This document shows, one piece after another, positions 25,738-37,184 of a stretch of DNA of 64,000 bases (positions are counted from its first letter, which is position 1; every line of letters begins with the position of its first letter). Position numbers and translations under genes: made by a program. Below the pieces are notes generated by a model. It worked only from the letters and a program-made list of their open reading frames with translations, was not told the origin of the DNA and searched no databases. The DNA comes from Octopus vulgaris (taxonomy: Eukaryota), in assembly GCA_951406725.2 (NCBI GenBank), contig OX597814.1, forward strand, positions 207,266,001 to 207,330,000. The letters run 5' to 3'.

Positions 25738-28700
25738 TCACTTGATGGGCTTCCACAGTTTCCACAAACAAAATTACACTCAAAAGGTTTTGATCAATCG
25801 AAGGTTATTGTGGAAGACACTTACCCAAGGTGCCACTCATTGAAATCAAACCCAGAACTACATGGTCCTCAAGCAAACTTTTTAACCACACAGTCACACC
25901 ATCCCTCCTCTTTACCAAATTCCAAAATACATCTTTTTTTTTTTTTGTTTTTTTTTTTTTTTTTTGTAGGAATAATTTGTCTGATTTTGCATTTTATTAC
26001 ATTTAAGTGTTTTTGTTAAGGGAATCAGAATGAATTCTTGACAGAGATTCAAATGATTCACTGCATCCAGTTTGTGCTTTCACTTTTCTGAGTTAACAAA
26101 TTCTACAAGATTCACCTTTGAATTTAACAATAGAGTTTAAGATAATGAAGAAAGGACATCTTACATGATCAAAGCTTGGTATAGCCATTCTTGTTTTGCC
26201 CACAGTTACAGAACACACTTTAACCCTTTAGCATTTAAACCGGCCATATCCGGCCAAAAGTATTCTGCCTGTTTTATGTTCAAACTGGCCATATCTGGTC
26301 TCTCACACCAACCCTACAATATCGTTTTAAAAATTAACAGCTACCTCATCAAAATCTCAAAGCTACAAGATAATGCATGATTAGTTCAAAACAATGTGGA
26401 TAAAAAAGCATTAATTTTGGCAGAATACTAAAGGGTTAATCAGCTTGTTTCACTTTGCTATGCTGGAAAGTCTATGCTACTTCTTTCATAGTTGACTGAT
26501 TAGTGGTTAGGAAGAAATCAAGATGCTTCCAAAACAGTCAAACTTTTGTGAGTATGAAGATGCATGTGGCAAATGATAAAATATTTCAAATTTCTACATA
26601 TTTTTATAGTGTCACCTTTCACAAACTGTTTTCGAGGGGTGGTAGAAGTTGTTATTTCTATTCTGATATAGAGTACACACCTGTTTGTACACATGCATGC
26701 ACCCAAAATAGGCACTAACATAGACATTTTTGAGAAATTCATAATTGTATAGATGTCAGATAATTTTCAGTCCAAAGTGGTAAATTTTTATATCGTTACA
26801 ATCACAATAGAATATCTGAAAGACAAAATATTCATCTCCATCTGAATCATATTTAAAACCCAAATTTTTAGATGATTAAGGCTTGGTGACAGATTAAGAG
26901 ATTATCATTTATCATTCTGGAAAATGTTCCAATATTGCTGTATGTTTATCAGCTGTAACTAATGTCAAACATATCAGAATTATTACTTTCTGTTTAGTCA
27001 TTTCCAAACCACTTGAATAGTTTTGTAAAAAAAAAAAAAAATTGCCTTTTGACTATAAAAAATATCTTGGTCACATTTTTTTCCCTCAAGTTTACCAGAA
27101 AGTTTTTAACATAAAATTTTAAGAGAATTATGTAGGCTTTGTATAATGATGTTTTTGTGAAACTAGTTCGCTTTTTATTTATTTTAGTATAACTAAAATA
27201 GGTTTTATAAAATGGCAAAACCACATATACTCGTATTTTATGAAAACCAAATTGTTAATTTTGTTCTGAAAAAAAAAGACACTTTTAATGCATTTAAAAA
27301 ATGCATGTTAAGATTTTTGTCTCTTGTTTGTTTTGAGTCTAAACCTTGAGGTCTTCAGAGATTTCCTTAGGTGCTTTACTCCACAATGAATGACCTGTAT
27401 CATTTGCTTTGCTACATCTGTAATACTGTGATTTAGTTAATATTGATATTTTTCAGCCCTTACCCTTTCTATAATTTTTTTCTTTTTTGTGTGTGTTATT
27501 CATTCATTTGGCATTCGGAGAAAATAGCCTATGTTATGACATACCTATTGTGCAATTCCTCAATGGTTAGCTGCTATTTTTATTCGGTTGATCTTATCAC
27601 ATCACCCTAGTAGCATGGAATAGTGTGTTGTGTGTGTGTGTGTATATATATATGTAAGTTTCATCATGATATTGTATAGAAAATCTTTAACTGATCACAA
27701 AGTTGGCATTGAGCTAACTTCATAGTGATCGGAAATAAATTGATGAGGATAAATTTTGATTCTAAAGTTTGAATCCATGAAGTTCTGAAGGTGGTCAAAA
27801 TACTATATGGATATGACAATGTATTTTGGTTCCCATATCTTGAATTATTCTTTCATATATATGTGTGTGTGTGCTTGTGGGTATGTAACCATGTGTGTTC
27901 TATATATTTGACTGAACATTCTATAGAATTTCTCTCTAAGATGCTTGGCAAGAAATTTGGCCTTAGCATTTGAAACAGATTCTGTATTGATCATTTAATA
28001 ATTAAATATATACACAGTTTATTGTTCACATCTGTACTGCTTTCTATATAGTTTAAAACTATACATTTCATCCATATACAATCTGGTCGTTGATGCTTTA
28101 CAGATGAGCAATTCAGAGGTTTGCTCAGTTGGATGCCTTGCTATGTGAATTAACATAGTATATCATGGATACAAATATATATTCTTTAATGTCATTTTCA
28201 GGCAGAATCATCAGTGCAGTTTAGACTTTTGAGTTTCCATCTCCCCAGTTTTGCTCACAAGGCTGGAGTTGACACTGAATTACTATTGGCGTTAGGAAGG
28301 GCATCCAGCCGTAGAAACATTGCCAGATCAGACTGGGCCTGGTGCAGCCTTCTGGCTTCCGTCGAACCCATATATATGGAAAGCGGATGCTAAATGATGA
28401 TGATGATGAGATAAAACCAAGACATCAAGATTGCAATAACAAACTTCTTAACTATTTGCTCATGCTCCATCAACACTGTGCATGCATGTACAGGTCTGTA
28501 GATAGCTACAGTTGGAGCTATGTGCAAAAGGTCAAACAAAAAAAAACACTGTTTACATATAGCAAATTTGAAGCATCATGGACTACACCTGTCTGTCCTG
28601 GATGAATGCCTCATAGCATATTGGCTAAATAAACCCACTCTCCAAAAGAAAGATATCAAGAGCATTACCATGGATGGTATAGAGACTGCCAAAATTCTGG

Positions 28701-29011
28701 CTATGAAAACCTTAAAATCAGATGGGTTGCTACAACAGCAGTATTCTATGAAATGTACTTTAAGCTTCAGCCCAACAAACTCAAAATATGCTGTGACTGC
28801 TGTGTGAAAAATTTACCTGCATGATGCTTAATACTTTCACACCTGTACAAATTCTTTCTTTGCCTGCTGCCAAGCCCAACTCATTTGGTAGATGTGTTTT
28901 TCTCTTTGCTGTAAATACATGAAACAAATTTTCAGATGCAACAATTGTTAGACCTCTCTTTGAGTTCATACATCTTATGAGACTGTATTGTTCTCAAATG
29001 CTTATAATGGG

Positions 29012-29283
29012 TCCTGATTTTAAGCATAATGCCAGCAATTTTGAGGGAAGGGGGTTAGTCGATACCACCAGTTCCAATATTTGATTGGTCCTATATTTTA
29101 TCAACCCTGGAAGAATTAAAGTTAGTTGATGTTGGCAAGGTTGGAACTCCTGATTTTAAGCATAATGCCAGCAATTTTGAGGAAAGGGGTTTAGTCGATA
29201 CCATCAGTTCTAATACTTGATTGGTCCTATATTTTCTCAACCCTGGAAGAATTAAAGTTAGTTGACGTTGGCAAGGTTGGAAC
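29012..29283. repeat. 136-bp tandem duplication of a decayed SINE fragment
   Basis: Units start at 29012 and 29148 with TCCTGATTTTAAGCATAATGCCAGC and differ by a few substitutions. Confidence 0.9.
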
Positions 29284-29646
29284 TCAGATTGTAAAGAACT
29301 GGAACATTTTCCAATGCTGTAACACTTCTTCTGCCATCTTGCTGCCTTTCAAATGCATATAATAAAATAGCAAAAAATGACAGTCGTTTTGTAGGTGTTT
29401 GAAAGATTTTGAAGAATGAATTAAAATAGCATGTGTGTTTAATAAATGGACAAAATAATTTGTAGAAAAAATAAATTCTATAAACATTTGTTTATCCATT
29501 TTTATTTTTTTTTTGTTCTAAATTTTGAAAAGTAAAAATGATTTTTGACAGGTCTTTACTAAATATTAGAATAGGGGTTCAAACCACATTTGCGAATTGC
29601 ATTTTATCCTCAATACCATGACTCTCTTTTTTGCTCGAACCTGTAG

Positions 29647-29737
29647 ATTGTCTTTAGCAACTATGAGCTTAGCTATAGAAAGCCAACATGTCTACACAAA
29701 ACAGGGCGTGGCTATCTCCATGACAGGTATTGCACAA
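29647..29737 (+). CDS. FLOT1: Flotillin-1 alternative exon B1 (91 nt, phase 2 to 0): (R)LSLATMSLAIESQHVYTKQGVAISMTGIAQ
   Basis: Acceptor ctctcttttttgctcgaacctgtAG, donor GTaagt, open frame. Homologous to the flotillin-1 segment ISLNTLTL..VYT..GVPISVTGIAQ. Confidence 0.9.
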
Positions 29738-32434
29738 GTAAGTGGTTTTGTCCCTTGTTGTAATGGGTACATTTCTAAATCCTACCAAAAATGCAAGTAG
29801 TTGGCAGCTTCTTAGTTTTCAATCCTAGTGGTTACCTGAATAGCTTTGTGTTCTTTTGTTGTTGTTGTTATAAATGTTTTCCTATTTTTATATTTTGATT
29901 TCTCCACCCACTAACCTTTCCCTTTTGCAGATAGAATGTTGTTGCTTTCTATATATATTTATTTATTTTTAATGTGTTGTTGTACTTTACATTGATTATA
30001 TTTTGTTATTGCAAATTATAATTCTTATGCAGCATGGATATTAGTAGTTACAGCTCATTTAAAGAATTATCATTTTATTTATTTATTTATTTATTTCTCC
30101 CAATGATATTTCCTTTGGTGTGGGCATTACTTTTAAACTTAAAACAGATAGCAAACATTTCGTTTTGTCATGGTTGCAGTGTAAATCTTGATCAGCTTAA
30201 GAATTCAAATTTTAAGTTTCATATGATAGAACCAAGCGCAAGATATATTTATTGGCCACAAAACTCCATTGTAGTAGGACCTAGGAAAGCATTATCACTC
30301 ACTCCCTTTCTCCATCTCTCTCCATCTCTCTCTCTCTCTCTCTCTATTTCTCTCTCTTTCTTTCTCTCTCTCTCTCTCACTCAACAATCAGCCTTGTTAA
30401 AATAGTATGTATGAACACATAGAGCAATGCCCTAAACTTGTGGATAGTTATTTAAAATAGTTTCTTAGTGATGACTCTTGGTGCTTTTTCTTAATTCATG
30501 GTGATTCATATCTATTCAATTCCTTTTTAATTACTCAAACGGTTAGCTATTATACTACACCAGCCACATTGCCTTATTTTTATGTTTAATACTTAACCTA
30601 AAAGTTTCCCTCCCCACTATATATATTTTTTTTTAAAAAATAAGGAATAATGCATGAGGATTAGTCATATTCATGGCAGTTTATTTATTGGTCCTGAAGA
30701 TATTTTATTACCATTTACCACCGCTACTGCTACTACTACCTTAGCATAAATTGAACTCAGAATGGTGAGGTATTGAGAAACATCTATTCCAATTGATTAC
30801 TGTTTATTCCAAATTTTCTATACTTTCTGTAAGATTGTGATAATATGAATTCATTTTATTGTACTTTTCTGGAATATGTATTTGTGTAAGCATAGGTAAA
30901 GACGGGGCATAAAACATGAAAAAAATGAAGCAACTGCCAAGTGGGACTCGACTCCTAACTCATATTTTCCAGCTCAGTGCTCAACAAGAAGTGCAAGTTT
31001 GAGTCCCACATAAGGTTGTTTCATTTTTTTTTTTAAATACGTAATTGTTCACTAAGTACTCGCATAAACACTTGATTTAAATATATAAATAATATATACA
31101 TACAAAGTAATTTTTAATAATTCAAATGTAAATTATTTCAGCAAAAAAGTTTTTTTTTTATATATTGAATCAATTAATTACTCAAAGAATACCAATTTTG
31201 ATTTACCTTCTGTGAAATTTTCTAAAACAAAATTATCAAGATTTTCTTTTAATGCATGCAATAAATAATTCACGATACTGTAAATAGGTATTTTTGAAAA
31301 GAAATCAAAATTTCAAAACTTAGATGATCTCTAAGGATTCTGAACATTGAAACTTTATTGCATGCAAGTAATAATAATATCTGGCAAATATAATTTTTTC
31401 CATTATAGTCTCTAGCTAAAAATAACTTTTATATATATATATATATATATATTGGAAATTAAGCTAAATACCAGTATGAATATTTAGTTTCTACATACGT
31501 TTCACCATTGCAGTTAATCGGAACTCAGCAGCATTGGGCATCAGGTGCATTTGGATGTCTAATTGCAGTGTATCAGCCAAAATAACTGCAGTGGTGTAAT
31601 ATATGTAGAAACTAAATTTTTTGTATTGTTTACTCTTTCACTTGTTTCAGTCATTTGACTGCAGCCATGCTGGAGCACTGCCTTTAGTCGAGCAAATCGA
31701 CCCCAATTTCCAATGTATATGTTCTGTATATCATAAGTAGTAAGTAGAGTGGTTGACTAACTACAGTGCTAGAAGTTGACTGGATAATAATCTACATAAA
31801 GCACCCAGTACACACTGTAAAGTGGCTGGCATTAGGAAGGGCATTCAACTTTAGAAACCAGGCCTAATCGGATAGGGACCTGGTACAGCTTTCCAGCTGC
31901 CAGCTCTGGTGAAACTGTCCAATTCATGCCAGCATGGAAAAACGAATGTTAAAAGATGATGATATATATATATTAATAAAAGATTTAATAATTTAGGAGA
32001 TATAGGATAAAAATATATTATTTTAGTAGTGTTTTTTTTTTCTTTCAATTTATTTTCTGCTCTGATAAGAAAATAGTTGACAAAACTATTGACTTAAGCA
32101 TAGTCTCAATTATTAACAATCAAAACTTATTTGAGTAAATAGCGGCTATGTTTCTAAGTGACTGTATTTTCTTGATAAATCAGTTGAAATATTTACCCTT
32201 ATAAATTAAAATTAACTCCTGGAAATTGACTTAGAATCATATACTTTCAAGGAGTTTGTATTTAGTCATATTTATTTTTTTTTTTCTTTAATTTTTTAAA
32301 TAAAAAAAAAAAGTATTGGTTATGAATAAATTATCAGAAATTCTTGCATGTGGCTATTTTCCAAATAAGCATGCTTTTTCCACTGTTAGACATGTCTTAT
32401 GCCAGGGCTTGATACCAAGTAGTATTTGTTACAG

Positions 32435-32525
32435 ATTGACGCTAAATACTATGACTTTAGCAATAGAAAGTTCCCAAGTGTACACACAATTAGGGGTGGC
32501 TGTTTCAGTGACAGGAATTGCACAG
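32435..32525 (+). CDS. FLOT1: Flotillin-1 alternative exon B2 (91 nt, phase 2 to 0): (R)LTLNTMTLAIESSQVYTQLGVAVSVTGIAQ
   Basis: Acceptor tttgttacAG, donor GTaagt, open frame. Paralogous to exon B1 with the same length and phase. Confidence 0.92.
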
Positions 32526-35500
32526 GTAAGTCTTCCTTTTATTTGCTGTACATTATTTTATATTTTTGTTTGTGTTTGTTTTTTTGTTTTTTTTTATATA
32601 TATATACATACCTTCCTTACCCACTCACTGTTGCAATGATAACAACACCGTTTCTTTATTGTCTGCTTACACTAGTCTACTCCTTTTTTTCTTATTTTTA
32701 TTTACAAATAAATAAATTAAAATGCTTGAAGATTACATGTTTTATATTGTTTGACTTTTTCATCGGTAAATTTTATTAAAGTACTTTCATCAGTATATTA
32801 ACCTTTATGTAATGGCTAGTCATAACAGATGAGTGTTTTTCAACTGAAATGTTGCTTGACAGTGTTAGGGAATACTGCTAAACAGTTAAATTTAATACAC
32901 TGAATCATAAAAGATGACAAATGGGTCAAACAAAATAAAAGGTAGAGCAGTAGACCTTTTAAGTTTTCACTCTTGTCTTTTTACTTAGTTTTCAAATCGT
33001 GCTCATGTCAGCTTGGCATTTTGGATTTTTAGTGTTTAAAAACTGTATAAAATATATTTTCTGAGTTCAGTTCAGTTTGCCAAACTTTTACCATAGGAAT
33101 TTGTAGCTTTCTGCCAGTTTAATAAATCAATATTCTTTTCTACTCTAGGGCACAAGACTTGAAATTTTGGGGGAGGTAGGGGCCAGTCAATTAGATCGAC
33201 CCTAGTATGCAACTGGTGCTTATTTTATCAACCCCAAAAGGATGAAAGGCAAAGTCAACCTCGGAGGAATTTGAACTCAATAGGCATTTCTCCCGGCATG
33301 CTAATGTTTCTGCCAGCTCGCCATCTTTGACTATTCTTTTCTATTCTATGCACAAGGCCCAAAATTTGGGGGGAGGGGACCAGTTGATCAGATCAACCCC
33401 AGTAGGCAACTGGTACTTAATTTATTGACCCCAAAAGAATGAAAGGCGAAGTCAACCTTGGCGAAATTTGAACTCAGAGCGTAAAGACTGATGAAATACT
33501 GTTAAGCTTTTCGCCTGACGTGCTATTAATAAATCAATATTGCCCAAAAAACGGCTGATTTGGGAAAGTGTCTCCTTTCAATATCATCTTGCCGAAAACC
33601 ATCCTTAGGTCTAAGAGGAAAGGCCTCCTTAAAGGTTCTAAATTAAAACCTTCCATCAAAATTTTATGTTCCAAATGCCACCTTATTGATGAAATGTTAT
33701 TTTAATAAATTCATTATTTTCAAAATTAATTGAAACAAGATGTATTTCAACAGACATATGGTAACAAAAGGATTGTGCACAGCTGAATCGTTGGATCTCA
33801 ACCTTTTTTGACTTCATGGCACACTAAGATTAAAAATAAATTACTGGCACACTTCAATGCAAGTAAAGCTAAAAAGAGAGAAAAAAAAGGTAGTGGGGAG
33901 AGATTGAACCTTTAGCATTCAAACTGGCCATATCTGGCCCAAATATTCTGTTCTATGTTCAAACTAACCAGATCCAGCCTCTCACACCTACTCTACAATG
34001 TTGTTCTAAACATGAGCAATCACATCATTGAAATCTTGAAGCTATGAGATAATGTATGATTTATTGAAAAACAATGTGAATAAATAAACATTACATTTGA
34101 GAGAGTAATCTGAATGCTAAAAGGTTAAAGTTAAAAATTTAGAATAATATTTTGTCTACCTTGTTCTGCCTATACTAATGATAAAATTATATTTTGTTAA
34201 TTTTTAAGATACTCAAGTATTGTTATGGATTTTCTAATGCCATAAAATACATTTTTTAAAACCATACTCTATATTCTGTGTTGCATCCGACAAATAATAG
34301 ACTGACATGGATTTTGTCAATGTTTATCTGTTTCTTGGCTTCCTGTTTATTCAATATAGATATCTAAAAGCTTCAGTGATTAGATACACTTTTTTTAAAA
34401 TGTGGAACTGTCTTGCAACAAAGGTTGATAAAAACCAAAGTTTGAGAAATTTTGCTAAAATTCCAATGTTTTATTCTTCCTTTTAAACATTACTTATATA
34501 AACAATACTGATACTTAATAACTTCCAATTTGGAGATCTTTTTAATTTGACTCATTAATATACAAAAGAAAATAAAGAAAACACATGAAAGCAACTATGT
34601 AATGTCGTTGTTTACTGAAATATAATTTCATTTTGATCATAATACAGTATGATCCCTTGTGTGGTATAAATGAATATAGTTAAAAAAAAAGAGTTCTTTT
34701 GAAATAATTTCAATTTCATTCATAATAGTTTCTATTAACTGTTTTTTTTTTTAAACCCATTTTAGCCATAAATTATTAACCAATTAAATGCTTTATTCAA
34801 ACTGGTTAGGAATAACAATTACAAAAACAATTTGAATTGTTTACTGAAATGTTTTGCAAATTGAACACTTATAATTTTGTTTTTGTCAAATCCAAAGCGT
34901 TTTTATTGATACTAATTAAGTTTTCATCAAATTCATTGAGACTAGAATTATATGCTATTAAAGTATTGTACATTCGAAAAAAGAACCATCTTAATTTTCA
35001 AAATAAGCTTCAGGTCATAGATCATTGACATTACATTAAATATATTACAGTTTGAATAGGATAATACCTTAGCTAATGATTTCTGCATATATAAATATCA
35101 TGTTATGTTATATCTTTTGCTTCTTTTTTTTTTTTTGTGTGTGTTGATTTAAGATCATTTAGATCTTCAAGTATGATAAAGGAACATTTTATGCATTTCT
35201 AACTTCTAATTATGAATGAGGAACTAGGTGGGGGGCAGGATGAAAAGTTGTTGCCTTCATTTCAGTTATCTTTGATAGGTTATTCTTTAGTTTCCCATAA
35301 TTCCTTGTATAGTGATTTCCAAATTCATCAGAAACTGAGGAGGTTGGGTAAGGGTTAGTGAACAGTGTATAATAAGATAGACCATATGTTGTGTATATAT
35401 CCTTTACAATATATGTAACGATGAAAATGCAATCAAACTTGGGTATATGCTATACTTTTAATTGTAAATTTTTTGGTAAATTTTGCATAAAAATTAATCA

Positions 35501-35646
35501 TGCCTAATTGATTCAATAAATACCCAGCCTAAATGATAGATTAATTAATGAACACATATTCACAGCATGTATCCTGATGATACATCCCTGTTCCATGCTG
35601 GTATAAGTTAGATAGTTTGATAAGATACAATAGGTCTATTCTCCAA

Positions 35647-36058
35647 TTTTTTTTTTATTTATTTATCTAGTTTCAGCTCACTAGCCGTGACCATGCTGGG
35701 GCACCGCCATTTGGTGTTGCTACATGATTTTACTTCACGAATGCTTTTTAGCAATTACCATTTGGTGCATGAGAGAGTTCGATGCAGCTGCCCTCATCTG
35801 CACCTCCTGCCGTGAAGTTGGTTCATCTGGGACACCTGACAAGAAGACATCCAGTTTCATTTTAAAGACATCTGCATCCACCCCATGCAGGTCTCTTAGG
35901 TTCTTTGGGAGGATATTGAAGAGCTGTGGGCCTCGGAAGCCCAGGCTATCACAGTATCTTGTCCTACATCTTGATGGCAAATTTGGAGTCCTTGGCACTA
36001 TGCAGTGGCGCCCAGTTCTGGCATTTGTGTAACTCTCGATGCCAAAGTTTGGGACAAT
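35647..36058 (-). mobile_element. CR1-group LINE 3' end (ORF2 C-terminus, 3'UTR, A-rich tail)
   Basis: Peptide SLGFRGPQLFNILPKNLRDL....FKMKLDVFLSGVPDEP is typical of CR1/L2-group ORF2 ends; TAAA-rich tail. Confidence 0.8.
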
Positions 36059-37131
36059 GTTTGTTTTAACATGGTTTCTACTGCTGGATGCCTGTCCTTG
36101 CAGAGTATACTGAGTGTTTTTTTTTCTTTTTATTTATTATGGTGCTACCACTAATGAGGTTGGCATGCAGTTTGCAAGAAAAAGACTGAGTGGGCTACAA
36201 GAGAGAGGGAAGCAGCTTTGTTCCTGCAGACGAGGGATTAAAAAGTATAAGGAGAAGCCAGGCAACCGGTTGCTTGCTGTTGAGATTTTATCCCAATGTT
36301 AGATTACATATTTAGTAAAATGACTATTGATTATTTGGTTTTACTTGAGATTTAACATCTGCTTGGAGCTACAATAACTACGAGGCTAAAGGTCAATAAA
36401 TGCCTGCTAAACCACAAATTTAAGCTATTACTGCAGTCATTGTTTTCATTGGCACTGCTTGCTGTCGTATAGCTGACAGACAACAGGTTCCATTCTTACT
36501 TTGGAGTTTTATAATTATCAAAAGAATTTGGAAATGACTGAAAAAAATAAGTAATAACCAGTCATGATTGTTTTTTTTAATATTTATATTGTTGAGCAAC
36601 AATCTTTACAGTTAAATGTCTGTAAATGGGCCATCTCAAGCAATATGTAAATATTTAGATATGTACAAATATTTATTTTACCATAAGGATCTCAAAGCAG
36701 ATGATATTGCTCAAAGTAACAGCCTCTAAATATTGGGTCAAAAAGCCCTTTGGTTTGAACATCTGTGGATTTGTTTCATAGATGCAGATTAGTGTCCTAT
36801 GGGTTGCCTTTGACTTTTTTGATCTAAAGGTGTTTTTAACTCCATATTACACATTTATAGCTTTATCTGCTTCAAGGTCCACCCACTGTTCCCAAGAAGA
36901 ATTTTGAGTATGTGTCTTTTACTTTCAGTCATTAGACTGCTGGCATGCTGGGGGCACCACCATGAATTTTTAGTCTAGTGAATCAACCCCAGTACTTATT
37001 TTAAAGACTGGTACTTATTATATCAGTTACTTTTGTTGAACCACTGAGTTATGGAGGGTGTAACCACCAACACAGGTTGTCAAACAGTAGTGGGGGACAC
37101 ACTCACACTATGTATGTATGTATGTATGTAT

Positions 37132-37184
<53 letters not shown>

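Noticed and set aside
25475-25843. His/Thr- and Cys/Val-rich ORFs (also at 17066-17525, 19805, 37118)
   Set aside because: They are translations of CA, TG and TA microsatellites.
29647-29737. Exon B1 as part of a second flotillin gene or a processed pseudogene
   Set aside because: No other exon is duplicated, and B1 has its own splice sites and an intact frame inside the same intron series.
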